This document shows, one piece after another, positions 47,001 to 57,786 of a stretch of 64,000 nucleotides of DNA. The number at the start of each line of letters is the position of its first letter. Positions within the stretch are counted from its first letter, which is position 1. The stretch comes from Balanoglossus misakiensis. Taxonomy: Eukaryota; Animalia; Hemichordata. The notes beneath the pieces are model-generated. The model had not been told where the DNA came from. It made no database searches and saw only the letters and a program-made list of their open reading frames with translations. The translations under genes were made by a program, and so were the position numbers. The stretch spans positions 2,183,908 through 2,247,907 of the forward strand of contig CM082579.2 in NCBI GenBank assembly GCA_040954595.2, in the 5' to 3' direction.

Positions 47001-50000
47001 TCAAGAGAAGTGGACACCAAGCAGACTGAAACTTGTATCCTTTTTGCTTTAAATCCAAAATAATGGGTTTCTCATATTTTGCACAAGTAATGCACATCTT
47101 TCATGTGTGCCAATTTGTAAGGCTGCAGTGGTATGCCCAAAAGTCGAACCATGATGGAGATGGAAGATGTGATAAGTGAAGGCTTTATTGTACTATTATA
47201 CTTGCTGGAATGGACCTTGACTAACATTTCTTGCAGCTGCGGTCTCTGAGACCATTTCTCACAGATGAACCGGGAGCTCTCCTTTGTTTGAGAACTCCTG
47301 AAAATGCCGAAATCGTACCTCAGAGTCAGCTGAAGGGAAGATATTTACATAGCAACTCAAAAACTCCTTTCACCTTCAGTGACACTGGGAAGTGTGGGAA
47401 GGGGCCCGGAGTGTCTGGCAGCCCCCGGAACGCCGGAAAAAACAGGACTCAAAATGCCAGAGGTGGAAAGGCAGGTGCTGCTAGTGCAAGGAATAACACA
47501 AAGGATGCTGGCACTGAAGGTAAAACGCCCGGAGCCGGAATCGAGAAAGTGTGTGAGAACTGTCGGAAGTCAAAAACTGGGAATAACTCTGGTGCCAGCA
47601 AGGCAAAAGATAAGAATAACAAGGACAAGGCGTGTCACTGCGTCCACACTGCCAGTAAAGTGGACAAGGCAGAAGTCTCGAATCACAGACGGAAGAACGT
47701 TTCTGTGAATTGCGACCCATCGGGAAAAGTGCCTGAGATACAGGACAGGACGTTGGTTCAGAGTGACACTGCCCCGACGGCTGCTGCAGGTGCAGGTGCC
47801 AAATTGAACATTAATAGCGAAGCAGTTAATTGTGCGAGTGGACAGACAGGGTTGGTAGATAAGGCTGAAGAGGGTGAGAAAGCTGACAGTGAGACAAAAC
47901 CCAAAGAGCCCAGTATTGAAGAGCATCTCAGACAAGGAATCACTGTCAAAACGTGCGAGAAGGTCACCTTCACAGAAATATATGTCATGGTAAGTGTGTG
48001 TGAGAGTTATTATTGGCGTTTCATGTGATAAGGAAAAACGTCAACTGTTCTACTGTTGTTCCCATTTATGGTGGCAATGATTAGACACTTAGAAATTGAG
48101 AGCAACTGATGAGATGCTTAATATACGCTATGAGCCACATTCCATTGAAACCATCCACTGGTGCATATTCTAATCATCATCCAATAGATCAAAACTAGTA
48201 TTGACATACCCCCCTCTCTAAAATACAGCTTGGTATGCCAGAGAAGATCAAATTTGAATATGACTGGAAGAAAGAAGACATCGCAAAACCCACCACAACA
48301 AATCCGTCTGAAATCAAATCCAAGGATGGCGAGAGTCAAGTTCAAACGTGTGATGTTGTGGCGGCAGAGGAGAGTGTTGTCAAGACACCAGAGAAAGACA
48401 AAGCCGTCGTGACACAAGAGAAAGATGACAATACCATTGTAGTGAAGACACTTGGAAGGTTGATACACATTGCGAATGCAGAGTTGAATGAACTCAACAA
48501 ACCTAAACAGGTGAGGTTTGTTCCTGTGGTGCGTTCTCTTGCAGCTGATTTCACAAAATGGTGGCTATGATGACAATGCGGAAATGAATGCAAGATGTGA
48601 TTCTATTTATACGCTATTCTGAGCCACATTCCAACAGACTTCACTCACTTCGCATTTGCAGAAATATTAGCGGACAGTTTGCCCCGGACTGTCTACCTCC
48701 AGTAGGAAAAAATGTCTTGAAAGGGCAAAGCTTTGTTAATCATACAAAATCACGCGTTTTGTGTTTTTCTCACAGAGTGCTGGCTCGAGTAACTCTCCAT
48801 CCAGATCTGCTGCGGCCATGTTGACATCAACACCGCCGTCCAAATCCAACACGGGCGGCGCGAAGAACGCTGGCAACAGCAAGAGTCCAAAAGAAACGAC
48901 CAAGATGGCGTCCAAGACGCAGGCTTCCAAGTCGACAGCCTCTAAAGTGCAGGGCCACACGTCAACGTCTACAGTTCTGGTGGACAGCCGCAATGCCAAC
49001 AATGCTGCCATGGTGGACAAGGACAAGGGATTGTTTGTGAGACCGACCATGGTGCCTGTGATGAAGAAGATCTCTCCCACCATGCAAGAGAAGGCATTCA
49101 TGGCACAACTGTTGACTATCAATGTAAGTTAGCGCTGCCTTTATGGTATGGCTTACACAGTTGTGGCTATGATGACACATTTTGAATGACTGCAACATAT
49201 GATTGCTTATTTATACGCTATACTGAGCCACATGTTATAACCCATCAGATTTCTTGTGAGTGGATACCCCGTCTTGAAACATCCATTGTGCTCACATGGA
49301 CTGAAATTTCATAGCGTTTAAAGTCTTGTATTTGCTTGTTTTATTTTATAGAAACAACCAAACAGGAAAAGAACCAGGGGTAGAAAACCACTAGTTGTGC
49401 AGGTAAGCTTGTGTACATTGCATCTTCCTGAATTATTGCAACAGATATCATTCACAGATTTGTTGGGAACACTTCAGACCTTTACCATATTTTCATGTTT
49501 TTCCCCACAGAGAACATTGTTACCAAGGCCCAGTGGTCAGATGCCCACTCATCACATGATGTCACTCTCTATTGTCCCAAACTCTTCCAGTGCCGGCACA
49601 GGTTCCTTCACTCCAGTGTTACCAAGCCAACTGGGTGTTGTATCCACCATGACAACATCCCCTTCCTCATCATCATCTTTGTGTTCTAACCTGAGATCCA
49701 TCGCGCCAGCGACTGCCAACACTGCTCTTACGACAACCACAATGAACCCTGGTAAGATTGGAGCTGATTGTGACTTTGCTTTTTTCTATTGAAGAATTAA
49801 GACTGTTTTGTGCTATTTAAATAAAATCATAGGCTTTGACCATGTCTCCTCTATTTGTCCTCCAGCCAATACTGTTGCCATAGCAGCCAAGTTGGCGGGT
49901 GTGCCAGGTCAAGGGTCACCTGTGGACAGTCACATTTCCCACCCCGGTTGTAATCCTCTTCCTGTGTCGTCAATGATGGGCATCACGGCTAGAAAACCGA

Positions 50001-51639
50001 TTTTGATGGACACGGGCCAGAGTGCCAGAAATATGGCTGCCGGAAGCATGTTGACAGACCCAAGTGCCATGTCAATGCCGAACATTCAGGTAAAAATACA
50101 CATAAACTCACAGGAATGCTGTAAATCTCTGTCAAGATATGTGTTGTGCATTTGTATTATGGTACATACTTTACATCAACCAGAGACTTTTCTTAAAACA
50201 TTTCTTGTGGCGATGAGGACAACTTGCAAGTTGACAACAACCCATGATGTATTTTATACGCTATTCTGAGCCACAGATCTTTACTGCTGTTGGAACACAG
50301 AATGTGAGGTCATCTTCATCTAATCACATCTGATGGCTCTTTCTATCTCAGGTGTCTCCAGACAAGGTGTATATAACGTCATCTCCCACCAGTGCCACAA
50401 TCAACACAAACACTATCCTGTCCAGCAGCAGCAGTCCTACCAAGGGACTACCCCTCTCGTCCATACCAAACACCATGGTGACAAGCGGCAGTCCATCCAA
50501 GCACATTCCACTCTCCTCCGTGCTGACCATCAACACCTCCACAGCATCAGCCGTCTCGGAAGCCACCAATCCACTGCTGGTATCGCCACCAAACATTTCT
50601 TCCCTCTTGGACATTTCCCTGCCGGCTCCAGACAGTGGAATGCTGACCACTACACACAGTGTAGTGGATGCTACGGAATCTCTCATTGATATTGCCATTG
50701 GCTCCAGTGGGATACACAGTAAGTCCGTTTCTTCCATGACCCTTGACCTCCAATACAGCCAAAAATGGAGACATCTAGGACTTTGCTGTTTGCAAGAATT
50801 TTGCGGATGGCTGTATTTGCATCTGACCTAATAAATCACAAATGTACTTTTATCTTCACCAGGTTTTGTTGGACAGATCCCAGCCGCTTCCACTACAACC
50901 CAAACAACTGTTGGCAACATGTTTTTGAACACTCCAACTTCACCCAAGGACAGAGCTGGAGCATCACCCATCAGCCCCTCCACGTCCCCATTCAAACTGC
51001 TGTCTGGGCCAGAGCATCAGTGGCTGAATGGAGAGGTAAGACACATTGTGTTTAGGCTGGGTTTGGAGTCCGTTTTGGAAGGCGGGGCTGAAATGCTTTG
51101 AAATAATCATACATTTACTCACTGACATGCAACTTTTTTGTTTGTAACTCCACAGAGAGATGACATATCATTCAGTAGCATTCTGGCTGGCATTGAATCA
51201 CCTGAGAAGAGAGATCGTAGCAACCATTCTTCTTCGGGTAATGGCGGTGGTCTGCCACCTCTTCTGAGTGAATGCTCCAGAGATTCGCTAATCTCCAAAC
51301 ATGCTGCTGATGTAAGTTGATCTATACCTTTTCACCCTTTGTACTATGGTATGATCCATGTGTTTCCATGATGAGGTTGGATCCATGTAAAGCAATACAG
51401 GGGTGGCCTCTACTTTTTTCTCTAACACCATTCTTTCTGTTTCACAGGTGGACTCCACGTTACAATACATGATGAATGAAAACAGTGTTGACTACATCTC
51501 CAAGTTTGCCGACCTGGCAGCTCAGATTTCAGCAACTCCCGAAACTCCCAAAAAGCAAACGTTCGATCTGAATCGTGCTGCTGAAGAGGAAAGCCACAAA
51601 GATGTGGCCTCGGTGGTGAAAACTCTTGACAAACTCTGA
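44063..51639 (+). CDS. CRAMP1: Protein cramped-like (SANT-domain chromatin regulator), about 1228 aa
   Basis: 18 exons: 44063-44309, 45027-45121, 45496-45588, 45882-45942, 46073-46193, 46333-46418, 46623-46737, 46953-47034, 47237-47989, 48229-48510, 48776-49123, 49352-49402, 49511-49751, 49866-50089, 50352-50718, 50863-51035, 51156-51311, 51448-51639; all phases consistent. Diagnostic blocks: LRSSVRP, WEAWTVQDKNYFFEALFEYGKDFEAIQ, KNKDQVRHLYYRTWHKI, INYGELRKK, VELQPHTNAAWATIQSMAQNPRIR, RKPLVVQRTLLPR, MMNENSVDYISKFADLA. Confidence 0.95.
44627..44678. mobile_element. 52-bp miniature inverted-repeat element with 9-bp target-site duplication
   Basis: Perfect 12-bp TIRs TAGCTCTGGACT/AGTCCAGAGCTA flanked by direct repeats ATTTCGCAG (44618-44626 and 44679-44687). 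Confidence 0.75.
47035..47236 (+). other. U12-type (minor spliceosome) GT-AG intron, CRAMP1 intron 8
   Basis: 5' splice site GTATCCTTT; branch-site-like CCTTGAC at 47215-47221, about 15 nt before the AG; joins two phase-0 coding exons. Confidence 0.85.
48071..48138 (+). ncRNA. SNORD54: C/D-box snoRNA, divergent SNORD54/U54 paralog (copy 1, CRAMP1 intron 9)
   Basis: Terminal stem GTGGC/GCCAC; box C variant ATGATTA; box D variant ATGA; guide TTAATATACGCT complementary to conserved 18S AGCGUAUAUUAA. Confidence 0.7.
48561..48627 (+). ncRNA. SNORD54: C/D-box snoRNA SNORD54/U54 (copy 2, CRAMP1 intron 10)
   Basis: GTGGCT-ATGATGA...TATACGCTATT-CTGA-GCCAC. Canonical C and D boxes, terminal stem, and an 11-nt guide complementary to 18S AAUAGCGUAUA (the human Gm644 site by the D+5 rule). 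Confidence 0.92.
49163..49231 (+). ncRNA. SNORD54: C/D-box snoRNA SNORD54/U54 (copy 3, CRAMP1 intron 11)
   Basis: TGTGGCT-ATGATGA...TTATACGCTATA-CTGA-GCCACA; canonical boxes, stem and guide. Confidence 0.9.
50207..50274 (+). ncRNA. SNORD54: C/D-box snoRNA SNORD54/U54 (copy 4, CRAMP1 intron 14)
   Basis: TGGCGATGAGGA...TTTTATACGCTATTCTGAGCC; both ends match vertebrate U54 as I recall it; ends 77 nt upstream of the 3' splice site. Confidence 0.92.
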
Positions 51640-52535
51640 GTTAAATGCAAAGTTTAACACAGTACTCTTTATTTTGCCTGACTTTGTAGAGAAAAAAGGG
51701 CAAGTGTTTTTGTAAAATATGTAAATTTAAAGTGTTTTGGTCACTAGGTACCATTTACTGCACCCTTTAAGGAGTGGTTCTGTATTTGCTTTTCAAGAGA
51801 TTTTTTTTCCGTTGTAAAGGTTTTTTTATACCCAGAATATTGTAAAATAGGTTGTTCAGAGAATGTGTGTACTTTTTGCACCTTCCAGGAAGGTAAGATT
51901 AAATTTCGCTGTATGCCTGAAAGATATTACATTCATTATACATGTATTGCCATAACAAATATGATTAAAATTAATACGATTTTTGTACAATTAGCGATTC
52001 CCAGTCTGTTCCTCTCATACAATTTAGCAAATTGTATTTTGTATAAAAGCAAGAACTATATTTCCCTTTGTTTCCTCAACTCAACTTCTATTTAAAGCGT
52101 GCAAAATTTGATACAAAAACATGTATTTTTAATGTTTTACGAATGTTGAACAGTGGTAATCTATTGACACCCCCCCCCCCTCCAATCTTTTTTATGTGCC
52201 TGGGTCTTACTCACAAAGACATACATCAAGATTTTGCTCTCGGAAGGGAATCTCATATACTTTGTTTTAGTTGTTAAATTGTTTTCTCATTCCCAGAAAA
52301 ATGAACAAAATTAGCAAAGTTGAAATATGCATTACTGAAAGGTTTTTCTTTTGTTTGTGTTTTAAAGTTCTGTATGTTTCATGCCAAGGCATCCAGATTA
52401 TCCGTTTTGTACTTTTCTGTTGTTTTTGCATGTCTTATTAATTACAAGTGCAATAAGAAGCCATAGTCTCATTAAGTTTGCCATTGGGTCATTATGCTGT
52501 GAATACATGTTTGGTTCAACTGTTAAAAATCTGTA

Positions 52536-52541
52536 AATAAA
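52536..52541 (+). terminator. Candidate polyadenylation signal of CRAMP1
   Basis: TGTA followed by AATAAA at the end of a U-rich 0.9-kb 3' UTR, with a downstream GT/T-rich element. Confidence 0.45.
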
Positions 52542-53272
52542 AAATATCTAAAAAGGAAGTAAGACATGAGTGTGTAGTACTTTTTTCTCGTCCACATGGG
52601 GTACATACATAGTACCGACAGACACACACATACACACTGGATCAAATGATGCCGAAATCATGATTGATTATTTGCTATTTTACAAGTAAAATACAACAAA
52701 GGAAAATGGAAAATTACTGCGTAAAATCTATGATACGGGAGACAGCAAAACGGAAACAATATACAAGCTATGAAATATATAAGTTCTAAAAGGACAGCTA
52801 TGGAGTCAAAAAATCCTTGCTAAGGTCAAAAAACTTCCAATTCTATTCAATAAAAGTGATTCATGCATGCTTCACATTCAGTCATTCTGAATAAATAGAG
52901 TTGGTTTAAAATGCCAGAGTTCGAAACTATTTTAAAGCTGAAATTTATGTGTTGTAATATTATAAATATGTAAAATGTACAGAGGGGTCAATAAATACTG
53001 CAGTTAGTCAGTGTTTGAAAAGTCATGAGGTAGACACCGTATGGATGTTCTGAGAAATTGTTTTCAGCCAAATGCATTTACTTAAGGGGTGGTATGGTAC
53101 CAATATACTTAAAGATTTTTCACCAGATCATGTGAAGGCATCATCATATCCCCAACCAATGATAATTTTGATAGGCAGTTGATTTTGTCTGTACTGGAGT
53201 CAATTCGAATTCTGGATTTCACATATCGCTGCTCTTCTTTCCTACCTTCACTCAGTTACTGACAGCCAGAAG

Positions 53273-55969
53273 TCAGTAGTTTATATATGCCATGGCACCT
53301 CTACCAAAGGCTGGAAGTCGAACCTCACTGCCGATGGGTTTTTCCATTTCTTGGACTGCTTGTGTATCTTGCCGTTTGCCATCTTGCATTGACTTTGCTA
53401 TTTTACCTGGGTTCACTTGATGAATTTTCTTGGCTTCCTTTGTGACAAAGTTGTTGGTAATCTTTACTCCTCTTCCTATCACCACTATTTTGAAAATGAA
53501 TAAAGAGTGATTATCAATCAATTCACAACACGGCTATGAGGGTGATCCCATTCTGTGGAAAGGTTGGATTGCAATTCTGGGAAAGTGTCATCTACCAGGT
53601 ATTCTGGATCCATGGGAAGACACAAGAACTGTATATTCTACCTTTCTCTTGTGTTGATAGTCCTTTGAAATCAATCTCTACTTTGCTGCTCTGGGGGAAC
53701 TTCATTGCCATCTGTGCTGCTGAAGTGTGTGAGCTGTGAATAGAGAAACAAAAGCTGTTGCTTATCAGATTGGTACAGCGTAAAGAGTTGTGATACATAT
53801 AATCCATTCCAGTGTGTGTCTTTTTGGAGAAAGGGATAGGGAAGGATTTGGTTTCATTGTGACAAAAGACCATCATATATTTTTTCTTACCTGTTCATTC
53901 TGTGAACTTGTGGTTTCCTTTTCACAGGCATTCTTGATACCAGTGTTCTGTGTGGTTTATCCTCATGGCTTGGTGGGGCTCTCTCTGGGATGTCGCTGAC
54001 TTTGCCCTCTGATCCCACCCCTGGCGACAGTCCACACCTCATTTCTGCCAATCTCCTGGCAATGTCTGACATGTCACACGCCATCTTTGTGCAGTTACCT
54101 TTGAACAAGTACAACAATTAATTGCAGGGAATTCTAAGTCTGCACTGAGCCAAGGACACAAAATAACAAACAGCCCAATTACCAGATGAGCAACCCACCA
54201 CTCCTGCAAAAGCGAGAAGCAAGGTATCTTGCTCATGGGCAAAACATCGCAGCCATGTCAAGGTTCTGAACTGACCATACTCCGATAGTAAAGGTCAGAC
54301 GCAATGATGCCACTTTCATCAAATCACTAACAGAGTTGTGAATAAATACCCTGTAGTTTGTCCGGTGGATCTTGTTTCTTCAGATCTTCCATCAGCTTTT
54401 CATGTTCTGTTTGCAACTTTGAAAAACTCTCTTTCAGTTTCGCCACTAGATTCTTCTGTTCTTGGCTGTATGGTCGTCGTCTCATAGGGCGGTGTTTTGA
54501 AGTTTGTTCCAACCCAGAGGCAGTGTCCAGCATGGCTACAAAACATGACCAGCAATCAATGTCCACTTGCCAAGAGTCAATGTGCGTACAGATGTAATAG
54601 CTCATTTCTTGCAATATACAGCTTAGGCTTATAATATTGAGTGTGCTGATGGTGATTCCTTACCTTGCCGCGTATCTGATGCTATCTCCACTTTGAGTTT
54701 ATGACCTGATATTTGATAATTATTCATCACTTTAATGGCATGCTTTGCTGAATCCAGTGTGGAAAACCTTACAAACCTAGGAGAAAAACAAAAACCCACA
54801 GCAATACATACAGTATTTTAAAACTGCTTTATTACCCTTGAAACAAATCCTACATACCAATGACAACTCACCCATATCTTTTGGTCACATTTTCATCGGC
54901 CTTCGCAAGATGTATGTCCACAATTTTCCCACATTTCTCAAACAGCTGATGCAACATAACCTACCAGAGAGGTAATATGCAGTACAGAAAATTGCTGTAA
55001 AATTGTGGTAAACAGCAGTCACCTTTCTAAATGTAATAAGTGTGCCAGCACTTTAGCATTAAACTGCTGAAACAATTGTGAGAAACATGACAAGAAATCA
55101 CTGAAAAAAGACTAACTCTGTACCTCATTCATGGATAAAGGCAGCTGCCCAACATAGACAGAAAACCATTTAGTTTTCGATTCATTTTGCTTACTTCCTG
55201 GCTGAAATGAAGAGAGAGAAAGAGATTGGAAATTATGTTATAAAAAGTATGTTAAAAACAAATCACAATGTAATAATTTTGTGATGGGAATTATCACAAA
55301 TATTACAGTACTGAGAAGAGGGATGGTGCATGTACGTACAGTGACACTGCACTGGGTCACGGAGGCGTGAATAAGTTTCACATGTACCTTTCTCTCATCA
55401 CATTTGGCCGGTGTTTCATTTCTGTCACGCTGATCATGTGGAGTTGTTGCACCAAGACTGTCTCCGACAGAGGCACTTACACCAACCATTCGTAGGAGCT
55501 CTGCTGCATCTGAGCTGGACGTCCCTAGTGAAATTAGTGCTGTCTCTGTTGCAGACGTCATGATGCTGAAGTTGAAAGCAGTATGTCATCTAACGGCTTA
55601 TGAAAATATTAAAATCTACACAGCAATCTACTCCCAAAACAACAAAGATATCTACATTAATACTGGGAGACAGCTGCCGACCATTTGTGTAAATCGATGA
55701 AATTGCGCATTTTCCTTTCTTATGAAACCTAATTTTTCACAGAAAGGTTGCACAAATTGTTTTGAATAGTCACCTACCAACTTCGAGTACTTTAAATCGA
55801 TCATCAGTACTATCCTGGCCTGAGTACTATCTTTACAAGTTGCAGCACGTCACTTTTAATTTTCAACCATGTTTCCTGTATACTACAGTAAGCAAAGAAC
55901 GCCCTCTGGTGTCACATAATCTGTAGTTTCTTGAGGAAAGTCGACGTCTGGGACAGGATACCTTGACAT
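53273..55969 (-). CDS. Uncharacterised single-RRM RNA-binding protein with a coiled-coil-like segment, about 387 aa
   Basis: Exons in transcript order: 55969-55962 (start uncertain), 55565-55388, 55201-55124, 54960-54872, 54776-54664, 54535-54350, 54098-53891, 53733-53642, 53484-53273; phases consistent. RNP2 SVYVGQL, RNP1 KRYGFVRF, and AIKVMNNYQISGHKLKVEIA. Confidence 0.85.
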
Positions 55970-57786
55970 CTTGACTTTCTTTGTGAAATTTTCAAAAAGC
56001 TAGTTCTTCAAGAGCAATTTCTATAGCCCAAAATATACTCTACATGTTGCAGCACTGTTCGTCGATGCCTGGATGACCATGGAAGCAGAACGGAGACATA
56101 ATTTCATACATGAGATGGCAAACTCTTGGGTGCAAACACAACCCCTTTTGTTGAAAATACTGTTACCGAATGGGGTAAACTGATAGAAAAAAATCTTGAA
56201 CAAAAGCACAACACTGGTTTAAAGATATCTGATTTTATTCTGTCTGTGTATGAGAACAGATCTAAGAAAGCATGCACATTACACACATCTTTATTTGCAT
56301 AGAACACAAGCTTGTGCAGCTGCATATCGTGAAATGCACCAGAAAAAAGAACTATTCACGCAAACAAATCAAAATTTACAGTGGTGTGAAGAGAGAAGAA
56401 ATCTGGTTTGTGCAAAATATGATTGTAACTGTGTCGGGCAGTGGACCCTATACCTAACATTTTCTTCCTTGCTGTAATTTGGTATAAAATATCTCTATCT
56501 TCCACAATTTTAGAAAGATCTTAACTGGTTCAGTTTTCTTGACTAAATTGTGTATATTTATCCTTCACCACAGTCCTCCTATAACAATAATTTTTACAGT
56601 TATAGAGGTACTGTACCTATACTGAGCTGCCTGCTTGTGAGAGATGACTAAAAACTGCCCAGTTCGACAATTAAGGCACTAATTTGTGTACATGTACATC
56701 ACAGACTAAGATCAGAAAAGCTTGAATGCACCTGCAAATAGCAGCTTGGTATTCCAAAACTCTAATAAGCCCACATAGTTTAATGCATTCTAGGCAATGG
56801 GAAAATACATGTAAAATTAATGTAAAAATAAATTACACACATCTTGCATGCACCATATGGGCGCACAGTTCACATGAAATTCATTTTTCAGATTTCCACT
56901 TCAAAGCGGACATGATTATCGTTTTCAATTTGTCCATCAAAAATGCCATTGACACAGTCCACCCTCTGCTGCTTTACCCCCTTTCTCTACAACTCTGTAA
57001 CGGATGAAGAGCAAATAAAAACAATAGAAAAATCTATTTACAATATTCATTAATTTCATCAATTCACATATTTCTTCAGTAAATATTCATTAAGATGCAT
57101 CTTCTTCGGTAAATTTTACTTTTTATGAAAAAATCTTATTTGCATATAAGGCTGCCTAGTAAAGCACTCAATACCTTGCCAACTTCTGTGATGCCAAAGT
57201 AGCATTTCTTAGTGTGCATTTCATGTGCCAGCAGGCAAACGAGAATATATGCACATTTTGTAAAAGCACTACATTGCATGGTTACTCAAAATCAATATCA
57301 AAAGGTTGAAGTCTGTGTCATCTATTAATGAAGTTGCTATGGTAATAACACAGCACAGATTGACAACTGCAGTATGATTGTTTAATCTTGTACATTTTCT
57401 TTTAAATATTAAAGACATTTCAACGGCCTTTGAACTTCAAATTGCACCCGAACTGAATACGTTGTCTTTGTCCTGTTATATAAATTTTTCTGTGGAGATT
57501 TTTTTGTAAAACTAATTTTAAAACTACATTTTGCTCTAAAAGTGGGTCAAATAAAATAAATCTTTGTGTGGTTAACAAACTTTGAAAGCAGAGAACATCT
57601 TCGCCACTTAAGTATATTGCACATAGTCTTTTTTGCTCCAACCATCCCTATGCAGAGATCTCCACACAGTCAGGCATTCAACACTGTTTCCTCTGTCACC
57701 CATGAGCACCAGGGCACGACTAGACAGATCTTTCCCCCCTCCCTCCCTGTGAGGGGAATTAGAGTCATCCATATCAACTGGTATCA

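Noticed and set aside
48071-50274. Four dispersed repeats as a CRISPR-like array or MITE family
   Set aside because: Eukaryotic context, one copy per intron, all on the sense strand, with C/D boxes and rRNA complementarity; snoRNA explains them.
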